Positions 22,801 through 34,764 of a stretch of DNA of 62,077 nucleotides are shown here, one piece after another; position 1 is the first letter of the stretch, and each line of letters begins with the position of its first letter. Both the position numbers and the translations under genes were made by a program. Source of the stretch: Catajapyx aquilonaris (taxonomy: Eukaryota); assembly GCA_000934665.2 (NCBI GenBank), contig JYFJ02002159.1, positions 1 through 62,077 on the forward strand, in the 5' to 3' direction. Below the pieces are notes generated by a model. It did not search any database. It worked only from the letters and a program-made list of their open reading frames with translations, and was not told the DNA's origin.

Positions 22801-25800
22801 GAAATTTTTAATATTAAATAAGTATGCGGTAGTTATATATTTTACAACCATTAAAATGCGATCCCGCACTTTCCCCAAAGTTCGTTCACTGCAATACCTT
22901 ACAAAGAGTCTAAAAATAAGGCGCCTTAGGCTACATTAGTCACAAATGCAAGACTCCGAAACCTTGCAATTCACAGAATAGTAATTTCATCCAGTTCTAA
23001 TTATTATGCGCGTGTCATTTCATATTCGGTGTATTTTTTCCGCCTGATTACAAAGCGTGATGCAATGCACCACATACACGTACGCGTGTCGCGTCTCCTG
23101 CATACATTACTGCGATAGTTTGTATTATAAACATTTCCTCATTTCCCTAACAAATGCAGAAAACTACGGTACACATTTGGGGTTTAACGGAGCTTTCTAA
23201 ACGCGGCTTTGATTTCATGTTGAGACTATTGGTATTCCCTACGAAGGGCTTGAAGTATCCGTAGTGGGAGGGAGGGACCGGTCCTCGGAGACAGAAAGAG
23301 GTCACCACCCCCACCACCCTCTCTCTCCTACCAAACCCCCGTCTTCTTTTGAGCCGACTACTGAGGCCAGGGTGTGACGTCAGCACTATCCCCCCCTCCA
23401 GCTCGTCCCCTTTGCCTTGGGCGTGGGAACCAGCTCTGGGCTGTTGTTGTTGCCGCGGGCGGCCGCCGGGTCGTCATATACATAGAGGGGGTGGCAGGAG
23501 GGGTCGGGGGAGGTGTTTTAAGAGATAGGCTCCGATTACCAAGCAGTTTTCTCCTTCCTCCCAACTCTCTTTTTCCCTGTCGTGTCTCATGTCTCTATAG
23601 CGGACTTAGGGACGCAGATAGAGTTGCAATGTGCTCATCCGGTTGCTCGTCAATATTTAAATCAGCAATTTCGTACTTTGAGCATCGGAGCGGAGATCAT
23701 TGATTTTTTTACTATGCAAATCCCACGGTCGTCGACCTGTCGCGAATCTGGACTTGCATATTTAATCTTGGGTTGGTTAGACATCACCATAAATTTTGTC
23801 GATAGTCTTTGCGGAGGAAGAAGGCCAACCAGGACTCATCTTTTTTTTTTAATGTGTTCGTGGTGGTATTTAGTGCGCAAGGCCCCGTGTTGCCAAGTAT
23901 GGTCTTACGTGCTCCAATCAGTGTCGGCAGCTGTTGCACCTGTTCCTGAGTTAAAATATTCCTACCAAGTAGCGCCTGGTCACAAACAAGGACTAGTCTG
24001 ACCACTAACTAACTGCTCTGGCGACTTCAAACTGGCCCCGACATTCGTCTTACTGCCGGTCAAAAGATGACAAGAAACGCAATTTATGTACATAATAAAA
24101 GAAAGTTGGAAAACCGATCCTACCACTTTTACGGCCAGTTTTGAACCAGATTCGGGTTTAAATGGCGCTTTTTTCAGGAAAAAAAAAAGATGATGGCCTC
24201 GCGGGAAAATGCCCCAATCGTGACCGAAGCGCTTTGGGGACTGTTCCCAATTTTTTGACCTTTTTTGTTGCCCGGGGCATGCTTTCAGAGCTGGCAACAA
24301 GGCAGCGTGGCAGCAGCTGCGAAGCGGGCGACCAACAAGTTGCCTGTGGGCTGGATGGAGGTGGGGGTGGTGCACAAGAACCTTCTTCCTCCCCCGGTGG
24401 GAAAGCCGGAGGGGCTTCTCTTGTGAGGCCCCCCCATCATACACGTGACCGGCAACACCACCACCTATTTATATTGAGAATATGGAATCATGGAACCCCC
24501 CCTACTCCTGACGTCACCCACGCCAATGTCATCCTCGTCAAGTGCGCTTACTCACTACTCAATCACCGCTCGTTAGTCTCCCCCCAACCACTTGGGATAG
24601 CTTCTATCGCCTTGACATATAGACTCCGGTAGGGGACTGATTCCGTGCACTGATCCAACAACTGCATGACCCCGAGTGTTGCGCCAAGTCCGCGGGCTAA
24701 TTGAACTCAACAAGTGTAATGAGGAAGCGGTTCGCGAATTTTGGTCTCATCTACACTTCAAAAGCCAGAAGGTTCACCCACTGCATACCAAGGCCCAAGG
24801 GACATTCCTTCTGGAGACAATCGAACCACTTGAGACCTTTGAGAGTCGAATTGGCTGACGTCACTTCCTTTTCCAGTTCCAATCAGTGGCAATGGGGGTC
24901 CAGAGAAAGTCCGCCGGGAGGCAAGGAAATTTGGCAACCGGAGCAACTGCACGCCCAACACCTGCCACTGGTTTACTTAGTTTACCCCCCCCCCCCCCTA
25001 CCCTTTACCTCAAACCCCCCTCCCACCCTCATCACCACAACTACCACTTTTTGTGCCACTCCCTTCCTCAACCCACCCACCCCTTCTTCTTCCCTTTTCT
25101 CTTGGAGAAGCTGCCCCTGAGGGCCTCTTCCTTCTCTACTTCCACCACCTAAGCAATGGCCTGCATGCACGACAACGATGCAGTGATTTCTGCAGGCAGG
25201 AAAGGTCCTCCAGGCAACATTCAAAATGCAATTCAAACATGCACTTTGGATCTTATCTCCTCCCTGCATGCTACGGGTGTGGTTGAAAAACTACACACTA
25301 CACGAATCTACAGGGTTTAAAAAAGAAAAAAAGAAAATTTAATGGGAGGACTGGCTGGGCCGGTCGACTTCCACAGACGGTAGTCTGGGGGCTCACGCAG
25401 CACCCCGCGGATAATGCGTGATTACAGGTGAATGGAGGGAAAAATTGGTTTTAGGCGGGTTATAAAGAGGTCAATGATATTGGCTGGGGAGGGGAAGCAA
25501 CGGGGAAGGAACAGACTTCACACGGAGCTACTCTTTCTAGGAGGTCGTATCAGTTTAAATATTGGAAATTGGTTTTAACCCTGGAACCGTGACGTGGGGT
25601 CTTTTAGGACCCCACCCACATTTTAATTTTTATTAATTTTTATATCATTCTTTTCAATGTATTGACTATAATATGCAATCATTCTTTGAACAATGCCTAA
25701 AATGATTGCTAATTCAAAATAAACATGCACTTCCTGTTACATACTTTTTAAATGGCAAAAGTTCATTGTAATTATCATTTTAATGCATTTTAATTACTTT

Positions 25801-27569
25801 GGGGTCCTAAAAGACGGTTCCAGGGTTAAAATTCAGTACGACGCGTACTGTACGTTGGCACAAATTGTTTTCGACAACGGCCGCGGATTCTGCCCGAGGA
25901 AACTAACTGGTACCAAGTTTCAACGACCTTCGCTGGTCAATTATGAGTGAAAGGGATAGCTCGACCTTCTCGTTTATTACATTTTTGGTGCAATATTAAG
26001 AGTATGGTTATTCAGTGACCTTTAAGGCATTTAAAAGTTTAAAGGTATTTCGCGCGATAGGCCTACGTTGTGGTACTGTGTAATTTTGGCTGGTTTTTGG
26101 TCACTTCCAGAACCCTGAAGTGGCTGAAAACCCTCCAGCCTGGCATATCCCGCCCAAATGCAGAAATACTCGATACACCTGTTGCATTCGTTTTTCAGTG
26201 ACCGTCGAAATGTTACAAAAATTCCGTCACAAAATGTTGATGTAGTCGCTCAAGCTTCTCACTTTACATGACATAGCATCATTCCAGGAGGATCTCAACT
26301 CTCGACATCCGCAATTCATATTCGCCCTTCAACTTCCACCATACCCCATTGGTAGCCTTTGTTGCTCTTGCTTCTTCCCACTTGAACAAACAAACTACAT
26401 TGCAACAGGGACTACCATATATGTATGTAGAGGATGACCTTGCTGGGACACCATTCATTTCTTTATGACGATACTTATGTCGTCGTGAGCGTCAATAAAC
26501 CCTGTGGATTTGTGTGGCTATGTTGATTGCCCTATCTACTGCTCTCTGACCTGTTGGTATATACCTGTGTTGTGTGCAGCGTACATATTTTGATGGTCGA
26601 GACAAACAATCCTGATCAGTAAACGTTGAACCCTACGGAAATAGAGCAACTGGCCATTGGAACTAACTGTATAATTATATCTGTTGTGGTCCAGATCTCC
26701 GCTAACTTTTTAAAAACTGACCACCAGAGAAACATTGTACGGGACAATTATGCATACGTCGTGGCTAAGTAACACGCTTGATGGTCCCACGGTACCACGG
26801 TTCATGTGCAGTACAAGTTACCAAGACACAGACTCGTGCAATTCGTGCGAATAAAAAAATTGTTCCTCCAAGCTGAGTTCTGGTTCACCCTGTTCTTACC
26901 CAGCCCCTTTTTCTTTCCTCTCGCCGTCATTTCATTTCCCCAGTGAATGACGTGCATACAATCTCACCTGCCCCGTGACCACGCCGGACATGATCGTGAC
27001 AACCCAACTACAACAAATTCCATTCAGACTGGACCCGTCTTTCACCAACTTCTGCTGCACTTTATCAGCTTTTATGACACTACGTGAATGTAGTAGGTGG
27101 ATTCCATAGCCTGGACTACTGGACGTGTACGGTCGTAAATCAGCAATTTACAGGGCAGGACTGGTATAGGCACATGATCAGTTGACAGCTACTGTACCTG
27201 TTCCCTAGCAAGGGCGAACCAAGTCTTGAGGATGAGGGCCAGTCTGGTGGAGTGGAATCCTCTGGTGGTCTTGACGCTGATGAAGACGTCGTTCAGGTCC
27301 TGGTGCGGCTGCTGTTGGGTGGTGGTCAGGGAGGTGTGGGCTGCCACGTATGGTGTCGACTGCTGTAGGACTGTGGTGTTGGCGGATTCCTGCAGGTGCT
27401 GCTGCAGGCTTCCACCAGCAGCACCCAGTGCGACAAGTGGGAGGACGGTGGTGCCGGAAGAAGAGGTGGTTTTGGGCGCGGATGAGAGCAGGAGCAGCAG
27501 GCCCAGGTATGCCGAAGCAGACAGCACCAGCACCACCAGCTGCACCGCTCTCTTGGCGCGCATCCTCAT
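19841..27569 (-). CDS. fng: Fringe beta-1,3-N-acetylglucosaminyltransferase; exons 27198-27569, 22750-22798, 22630-22672, 22501-22560, 22170-22317, 22009-22094, 21763-21928, 19978-20060, 19841-19895 (353 aa)
   Basis: Type II TM N-terminus; [45 protein letters not shown] (DxD), [28 protein letters not shown] and C-terminal [18 protein letters not shown]. All splice phases are consistent. Confidence 0.96.
23375..24885. promoter_or_regulatory. Cluster of CRE, CCAAT, ETS and Su(H) motifs in fringe intron 1
   Basis: TGACGTCA at 23375, 24509 and 24856; CGTGGGAA at 23422; CCAAT/ATTGG at 24523, 24850 and 24879; ACTTCCT directly after the third CRE. Confidence 0.45.
25579..25825. mobile_element. piggyBac-type MITE
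   Basis: TTAA on both sides; CCC...GGG termini; TIR CCCTGGAACCGT / ACGGTTCCAGGG plus asymmetric internal inverted repeat GTCTTTTAGGACCCC / GGGGTCCTAAAAGAC. Confidence 0.85.
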
Positions 27570-28428
27570 GGCACCTCCATGGTGCACCACAAACGCGCCA
27601 AGTGCAGGAACGCTGCTGCTGGCCCACCTGTTTTGTCACCACTGAATAAAATGCTGCAGTGGAAAGAGAGAAAGGCCCTCCCTTTCACGCAGTGCGCCCT
27701 CTCCGGGAGAGGCACCACTCTACTCTGCTGCTGCTCTTTCGCTTCGTTGGCTCTCGGCTCGTATTACCAGCCAAGGTCAGCTGATGGTTCTGCTTGGCTT
27801 CAAACCGGGCTAGCCAGGGAGGGTGGGCATGGAGCAGGAAAACGATGGGGGTGGGGGGTTGCCTGGCCTGGTTGGTGGCCAGGGGGTGGTGGAGGAGGCA
27901 TGGGGCCACCAAGAGGAAAAAGAGAATGAGCACCAATCAGCATGGCCTGTTTAGATGGTTAGTGCAGGGACATCTATCTCGACGGGAGCAGATTAGATTA
28001 AAAGCGCTGGATTTGATGAGCAAACCGCTCAGGTGATGTCACCAAGTATGATAAGTAAGGGATTTAGTCAGTCTGCAACATGTATTATTCAGGCATGAAT
28101 GATTATTGTGGTTACAGAAGATGCGACGTTGTTGACACTGCTTGGCACCGACTTTTTAGGCAAGCCTCACGGAGTCTGAGAAGTATATAATGTGGTTGTT
28201 CATGGCGATAATGTACTCTATTGTTTCAGCCAGAGAGTGGCCAGGATAGTTAAGAAAGTCATATTTGTCGTGTTATGCGTCTCCGTCAAAGAAGAACTAT
28301 GAAAACGTGCATTTACGTGCATTATTAATTTTGCGATAAGCTCAACTTCGTTTATGACAACACAAACAATATACACATAGGTATATGTTTCCTGGCGTGA
28401 CATTATCAAATAATGCAAGAGAAGGGCC

Positions 28429-28463
28429 CTTATTGTAGACTATCAATGATAGTCTACAATAAG
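28429..28463. repeat. Palindrome with 17-bp arms and 1-nt spacer
   Basis: CTTATTGTAGACTATCA-A-TGATAGTCTACAATAAG. Confidence 0.85.
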
Positions 28464-30459
28464 CTCGTAAGTAGGGGTATAGGGGTAGGATGAAATGGAA
28501 ATACAATTTTAAATGCCAGATTTACAGGATAATTATTATGCTAAAAGTTATCATACCTTATTATGCTTACCAAGTTACGAGAAATACATACGCAGAGAAA
28601 TAAAATACGGTTTCATATAGTGTGTGGTATATTTTTCAGAATTGTTGTGTGATACTTGCAATGTCTTCGTGACTAAGTCAGTCCCCTACCCCAATTTTGA
28701 TTATTTTCGGTGGCTTCGATCTGTTTTTCTCTCCAATCACATTCCATATTTGTGTGTGTAAACTCTGCATACAGGTAATGTATGCCTACTGGATATTTTA
28801 ATTCACCTACTCGAAGACCAGTGGACCGCAGAGTCTCGCAACAAATGCAAGACGAAAACAACACAAAATAGAAAATACTGTAGTATAGGTAGCATACAGA
28901 TTGTTCCCAAAAAATAACCAGCCCAGTGCAATAAATTAATGCAAGATTTTTCTGTGATTTAAAAAAACCCTATAATATCACAGTGGTGCAACAATTTAAC
29001 CATCGATCTAATTCTAGCACATTTTGTGAAACTGGAGATATTGATGGTAAATATTGCTCTCATAAAGGGAAGTAAGCGAATATCAATAATATAATAGTCT
29101 GAATTTACACAGATTCTCACAGAAACATTCACTCCAAGTCCAAGATGTAGGGACTCGATTCAGTATGAAGCTCAAATTTAATAACCAAAACACGTTTATC
29201 ACTTGCATTACGTGATAAGAGAAGCTCCCATGAACGTCATCTGGAGGTATATGTCCTACACCTTCAGACCAGATGCTTCAGAACTATAATTTAGTATAGT
29301 AGGTGAAATGAAATGAATATTTGTGTTAAAATCTTCATCGATCCACATTGAAAACATTTAGATAAAAAATGGAGGGATTATGATCGACTGGAGGACACAC
29401 GTGCCATATCTTATTATCGTCGAAGCTGCAGGAAGAGAAAGACCGGATGAAAGTCAGTTTTTGCCCCAAAAGGAAGAGAGATCATATTATGAAGTGGAGT
29501 CGGAGATGTTTTGGCGCGTCTCCAGTGATTTAAATCACCGTAGCCAGTAGAGTGCGCCAGGTGATGGACTGGCAACCTGGCAACCTCTCCACCAGTCGCT
29601 GAGTGCCTGAGTCGCGGGCGCTGCAAGGCATGCTCTCATTGCTCTGCTCTGGCATGCTGTTGCATGCTACCGGTATGGTTCTGTCACTTTCAGTACTCAG
29701 TCAAGGTGGTACTCAGTAGTGTGTTCCCACCGGGGTCCCCACCGTTGTTATTGGAATTCATTTCCCCCTGTGGAATCTCGTTGGAACTGCAACCGGAACG
29801 TCGCGGATCCGGTCAGATCAACCAACTCGTGGATGTGAATCATGTGATTTCAGTGTACCTGCAGCCACGTACGGCACGCACTCGGCAGGCACAGTGACAT
29901 GATGAGTCATTCCGAGAGAGAGATTGAAGAACACCAAGCGCAAGAGCATACAGCAAGCGACTGCCGGGCATGGCAGGCATGGTGACGGATTCTGCGTCCT
30001 GATGACTCCTGAGGTAAGCACTGCTGCTCACTGTACTGTAGCTGTCTGGCAACTACCCGGATTACATGTGCTTATGTACGGTACTATTAAACCAAGTATG
30101 TGTGATGATGTGTGATGCAACCACTAATAATCACCAGGAATATAGGGAAGTAATACATGCAAGTGTGCCTGGCTAATGGTAGGCAGACTGAAACGCATGG
30201 ACTGCCCGTAGACCGAATCACTTTTGCTCATGAACTGATCCTAACCTGCCAAGTGCCTTTCCCCCACATATGACTGGGGGTCTGGGGTAGAATATATGTC
30301 GCCAACAACACTGTTTGCACCATGTTATGAAATGTTTCATTGCCTCAGCTTCCAAAAATTCTGTTCCCTAGCTTATTATTTTCTTATTGTAAGTGGATCC
30401 TAATTGATGCACTGCTTTTCCACCCATTGGCACATAATTACATCAATCTAAAAGCCTTA

Positions 30460-30580
30460 TGCCCGATTGCACCAACGAAATTACCGATTCGATAGCATGC
30501 TCCTAACAGATCATTAGCACATGTTAAAGGGCTCCATTAGGAGATATCGGATCGGTAATTGTGGTTGGTGCAATCGGGCA
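30460..30580. mobile_element. PIF/Harbinger-type MITE
   Basis: TTA TSD; TIR TGCCCGATTGCACCAAC / GTTGGTGCAATCGGGCA. Confidence 0.85.
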
Positions 30581-31373
30581 TTAGTATCCTCTCTTTCGGC
30601 TTAAATGTCTGTCAACACTCATCGCATAGGCCCCTAGGGAGTAGTTGCTATAGATTTTCACATTCCCCTTTAACAATTATTAGACGCATCTAGCGGTCAT
30701 AGACGGTTGGTCCTACGTCAATGGAGGCGAGACACGTGCTGGTGGGCTTTGTCAGCATGGTGACTTATCACCAACGTGCATGTAGTACTACATTCCCTCT
30801 AAGCGCGGCAGTAGTGTGCAGAGGGAGAGCCTATGCGCCAACCGGTAGGGGCCTATCATACTAAATCCAAGTGGGGGTGGGTGGGCCAAGCAGTGTTGCT
30901 AAAATTTGGCAGAGTCCGCTACTAGTGAATAAGGGTAAGTGTAGTGCTTTTGACCTTTGCAATACAGGTGGTTTTTTCCTGCCCTAACGCTCTTAACCAG
31001 CTGGCAATTGGTTACCATGAACACACACAATTAAAGCTTGTGGGATCGTGCTGATAATAACAAAAAACCACTTGAGAACTCTTTTCATCCACTGTCAGAA
31101 TCCAATTGTTTGTGGTGAAGGTAAAAATCAAATTTCGCTTCAAACAATACTGGTTACTTCGGTTATGCAGCGATGTTACCATTGGCGATGACATCGCATG
31201 GTCAAATAATTGCTCACAAATGTGAACGCACCTTCATGTTGCTAGCAACTTTTTCTTTTCAAAAGTATTTTGTGCAATTTTTATTCTTCATGTTGGCACA
31301 TGAAATAGCGTGGAACTTAGTAATTTGAATTTTAAAAAAATGACAGTGTGATTCCATAGTCATTAGCGATTCA

Positions 31374-31676
31374 GGGCCGTTTTCTCGAACAGTGGTTCAA
31401 ATGTAAACCCAGTTCAAAGCCGGTTTAAACCCTTGACAACAGCCTAACAACAATCAAATCAGGGATTATAAGGGCCGTTTTCTCGAACAGTGGTTCAAAT
31501 GTAAACCGGGTTCAAAGCCAGTTTAATCCCTGATTTGATTGTTGTTAGGCTGTTGTCAAGGGTTTAAACCGGCTTTGAACCGGCTTTACATTTGAACCAC
31601 TGTTCGAGAAAACGGCCCTAAGCTGGCTTTGAACCCGGTTTACATTATTTTGAACCACTGTTCGAGAAAACGGCCC
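31374..31676. mobile_element. PIF/Harbinger MITE containing a nested inverted copy of itself (inner 31472-31618)
   Basis: The TIR GGGCCGTTTTCTCGAACAGTGGTTCAAA occurs four times; inner TSD TAA/TAA, outer TSD TCA/TCA. Confidence 0.9.
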
Positions 31677-32834
31677 TCAGAAATGTAACCTGGCATTCCC
31701 ATTCATGATTCTATTTTAAAGTTTTGTTTTCTTTTAATGTAGGCAGTGCAGTGGAAAAACCTTGCTGAGATTTTTAAAACCACTTGTTCCGCACTAAATT
31801 ATTGCCAGGTGTTCAAAGTTAATTTGAATTAAGGAAGTTGAAATACTATTACATTACATTGTCACCAACTTCCATTATAATTTTTCAACTTGCAGAGAAC
31901 TTTGATTTAGGGATCTTCAACTTCAAGTTACTTACAAGTTTCACTGCCTTGATACTTATTAGTCTTGGTAGAATTTCTGGAACAGCAATAAATAAAAGCC
32001 ATCCTTTTAGTTCAACAATATATATTGCCACATTAAGAAAGCAATAATTGTGAAACTCGCCATTTGCAAAGCACATGATGAGCTACAATGGAAATTATTT
32101 GGAAAAATATTAGGGTATTAATACATAAACATAGGGTAAAAGCGTCTGTGGGGATATTAATATTTTGAATTATAATAAGATACACTACACTGTACAGTTT
32201 TTTTTGTTGTGAATTTGCAGTGACAACTTGATATCCCACTCTAAAAGTACACCATGCTGCAAATTGCACAACTCGTCAGAGTATTGTACTACATTGTACC
32301 TCACTGGAAAAGGTAAGCCTTATCAAGAGTTCATAAGGCCTGGTCTTAAGTCACAAGTTCCGCTTTAGTTGACTTTGCACATTAGCATGCGAAAAAGAAC
32401 ACAACCATTGGATGCTATATCTCATGTTAATTATTGGAATGTGAATGAATCTGCCCCATATCCATACATGCTAAGCGATATAAAAATACATTAGAAAGTA
32501 CCCTGTTTGCATGTCCAGTATTCTCTGATGTAGAAATAAACAATCCCTGGGAAATCTTCTTTTTGACAAGACTGTTTTTTTTGTGTGTTTTTTTTGTTTT
32601 TTGCCCAGTCAGTGCCTCCTCCTTTTTCAAATACTGTAATGTTTCCATTTCTCATAAAGTAAATGTGTACAAATTTAATTATACTCGTGAACTGTCATTT
32701 TTATAGTGACAACTCGTCCTGCTGGTTGACTCTAGCACTTAATTTCAGACCACTTTCTATTGTACCTTCATATACTCCAGATGAATGGATATGAGACTGT
32801 AGACTTGCAATAGCCTACTGGATTGGGATTTAGT

Positions 32835-34701
32835 TTAGAATTCCGCCTCTATGTAATTATATGCCTTAAGTGTTGATAAAGCAACATAGAAGAACCACAG
32901 AGATAGCAGCACAATCCCTGATGCAATCTTTGGTCCTGAAGGTCCTCCCAACTCAGCATTACCAAACACAGGCAAAAATCTCCGCATCAATAGTACTCCG
33001 ATGGCTACTACGGCAACAATGGTGTAGACCATGACAGTGAATCCAAGGTCACCTGAATTGACAACAAAGGGCGTGCCCTTTGAGGCATGGTAGATGGTAG
33101 CCAAGAGCCATGGCAGGCCAAGTCCGAAGAACACGTTCACAGAATTACTACCAGTCACATTGCCGACAGCATTATCTGCATACTTCTCTTGGCAGGCAGC
33201 ATTTTTTGAAGCGAACAAGTCTGGGAGGGAGGTTCCCAGAGCAACAAAGGTGATGGCTGGAACAATTTGGAAGGTTAAAGCAATTTGAGCAAGAATAAAG
33301 ACGAAAACATCAATATCAACAGTAACTAATACAAGGTTGGTACTAGTACAAATGAAATTATCCAGCCAATTGCAAGCAGATATGGTTGCGTATAAGTTCA
33401 GGGACAAATATTCTAAATATCTCAAGTCTCATCGACCAGTAAACCATTTGGTTATGGAGCCAGAATATATTTTGCAAAGAATGCATTTGACACAGCTCTC
33501 CTAAACCTGACGTGGTAATCGGCAGAGAAACCCTCTAACAGCACTGTCTGTACTGAATGCGTGCTCCAAAAGTGGGATGTGTGTCTTAATACTTTTGTCA
33601 GGTACAATATTATTGTTGAATTACCCTTCTCTCCAAGTTATTAGTACATCTCTCTCACTCTCTTTTTTGTAAAAGACATTTCCCGCTTTCCTAGATTCCT
33701 GAATGTCACCCGAGCTGATTGTTAGCCTGGGGGGTGGGGGGGGGGGGAAGAGGGCGTCAACTGGCCTTTTCTGCAGTATGTGGGATGTGAACTAAATGAG
33801 GTCCACTGGTATAGAAGCCTTCTGGAATTTTAAACATACTGAACATATTTGTAACCATGTCCATGGACTACTGACTGGCTCAGATTTCATTCAGATGAAG
33901 AACTAACTTATATGCAGATGGATCATTGTGATACATTACCAGTAATGCTGTCTTTGAGCCCGACAAGGCAACCAAAGATGGATGCAAGATCTCCTATGAT
34001 GGCAGTTAATAATCCAATAGCAGTCAAGGAGGATATAAAACAGAGCCATCCACCCATCAAGGTAGCAGGGGGTAGGAATGAAAAGATCACCTTCCAGAAG
34101 AAAGTGAGGGCATGCAACACGTAATCCATTCCTGTTGCCCCCTCAATGTCACCACCATTAACGGTCATGGCTTCCTTAATTTGTGATGCCCATGTTTCTT
34201 GGCCAACTCGCAACTTCTCAACACTTGCTGTAGTCAGTGACATGACGTGGTCGACTACATTCTCAAAGGCATCATCATTGGTGATTGTGACAGCCACACG
34301 TGTATTACCTCCCAGAGTGGCACCACCTGCAACATTAACAGTGAAGGTATCAGCCAGTATATAAGGATTGTCAAGGATTTTTTGAAAATAGTTTTCATGT
34401 TTTTTTGAGAAGTAAATGCAATACAAATACATGAATAGCTAGTTAATGGAACATGCATATGTAATGAACACCCAACTGGATATCATTCCCTGGTCATGAA
34501 TTAGAGGTCAGCATCATCAAACTTGAATATATAATTACACATTATTTGTGACAGAGATCTATCAATGCATCCAGTCAAGGTGTTTTCAGAAAATTCCACA
34601 ATAGTGTGATTGTAGGACAGCCACCTTGTTTCCATGATGTATTGCAGAAAATACAGTATAAACCATATTACATACTTATTATTATAATAATAATATTATT
34701 A

Positions 34702-34764
<63 letters not shown>

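Noticed and set aside
31374..31676. CRISPR-like or regularly spaced repeat array
   Set aside because: The repeats are inverted MITE termini with TSDs in a eukaryotic context, with no unique spacers or cas genes.
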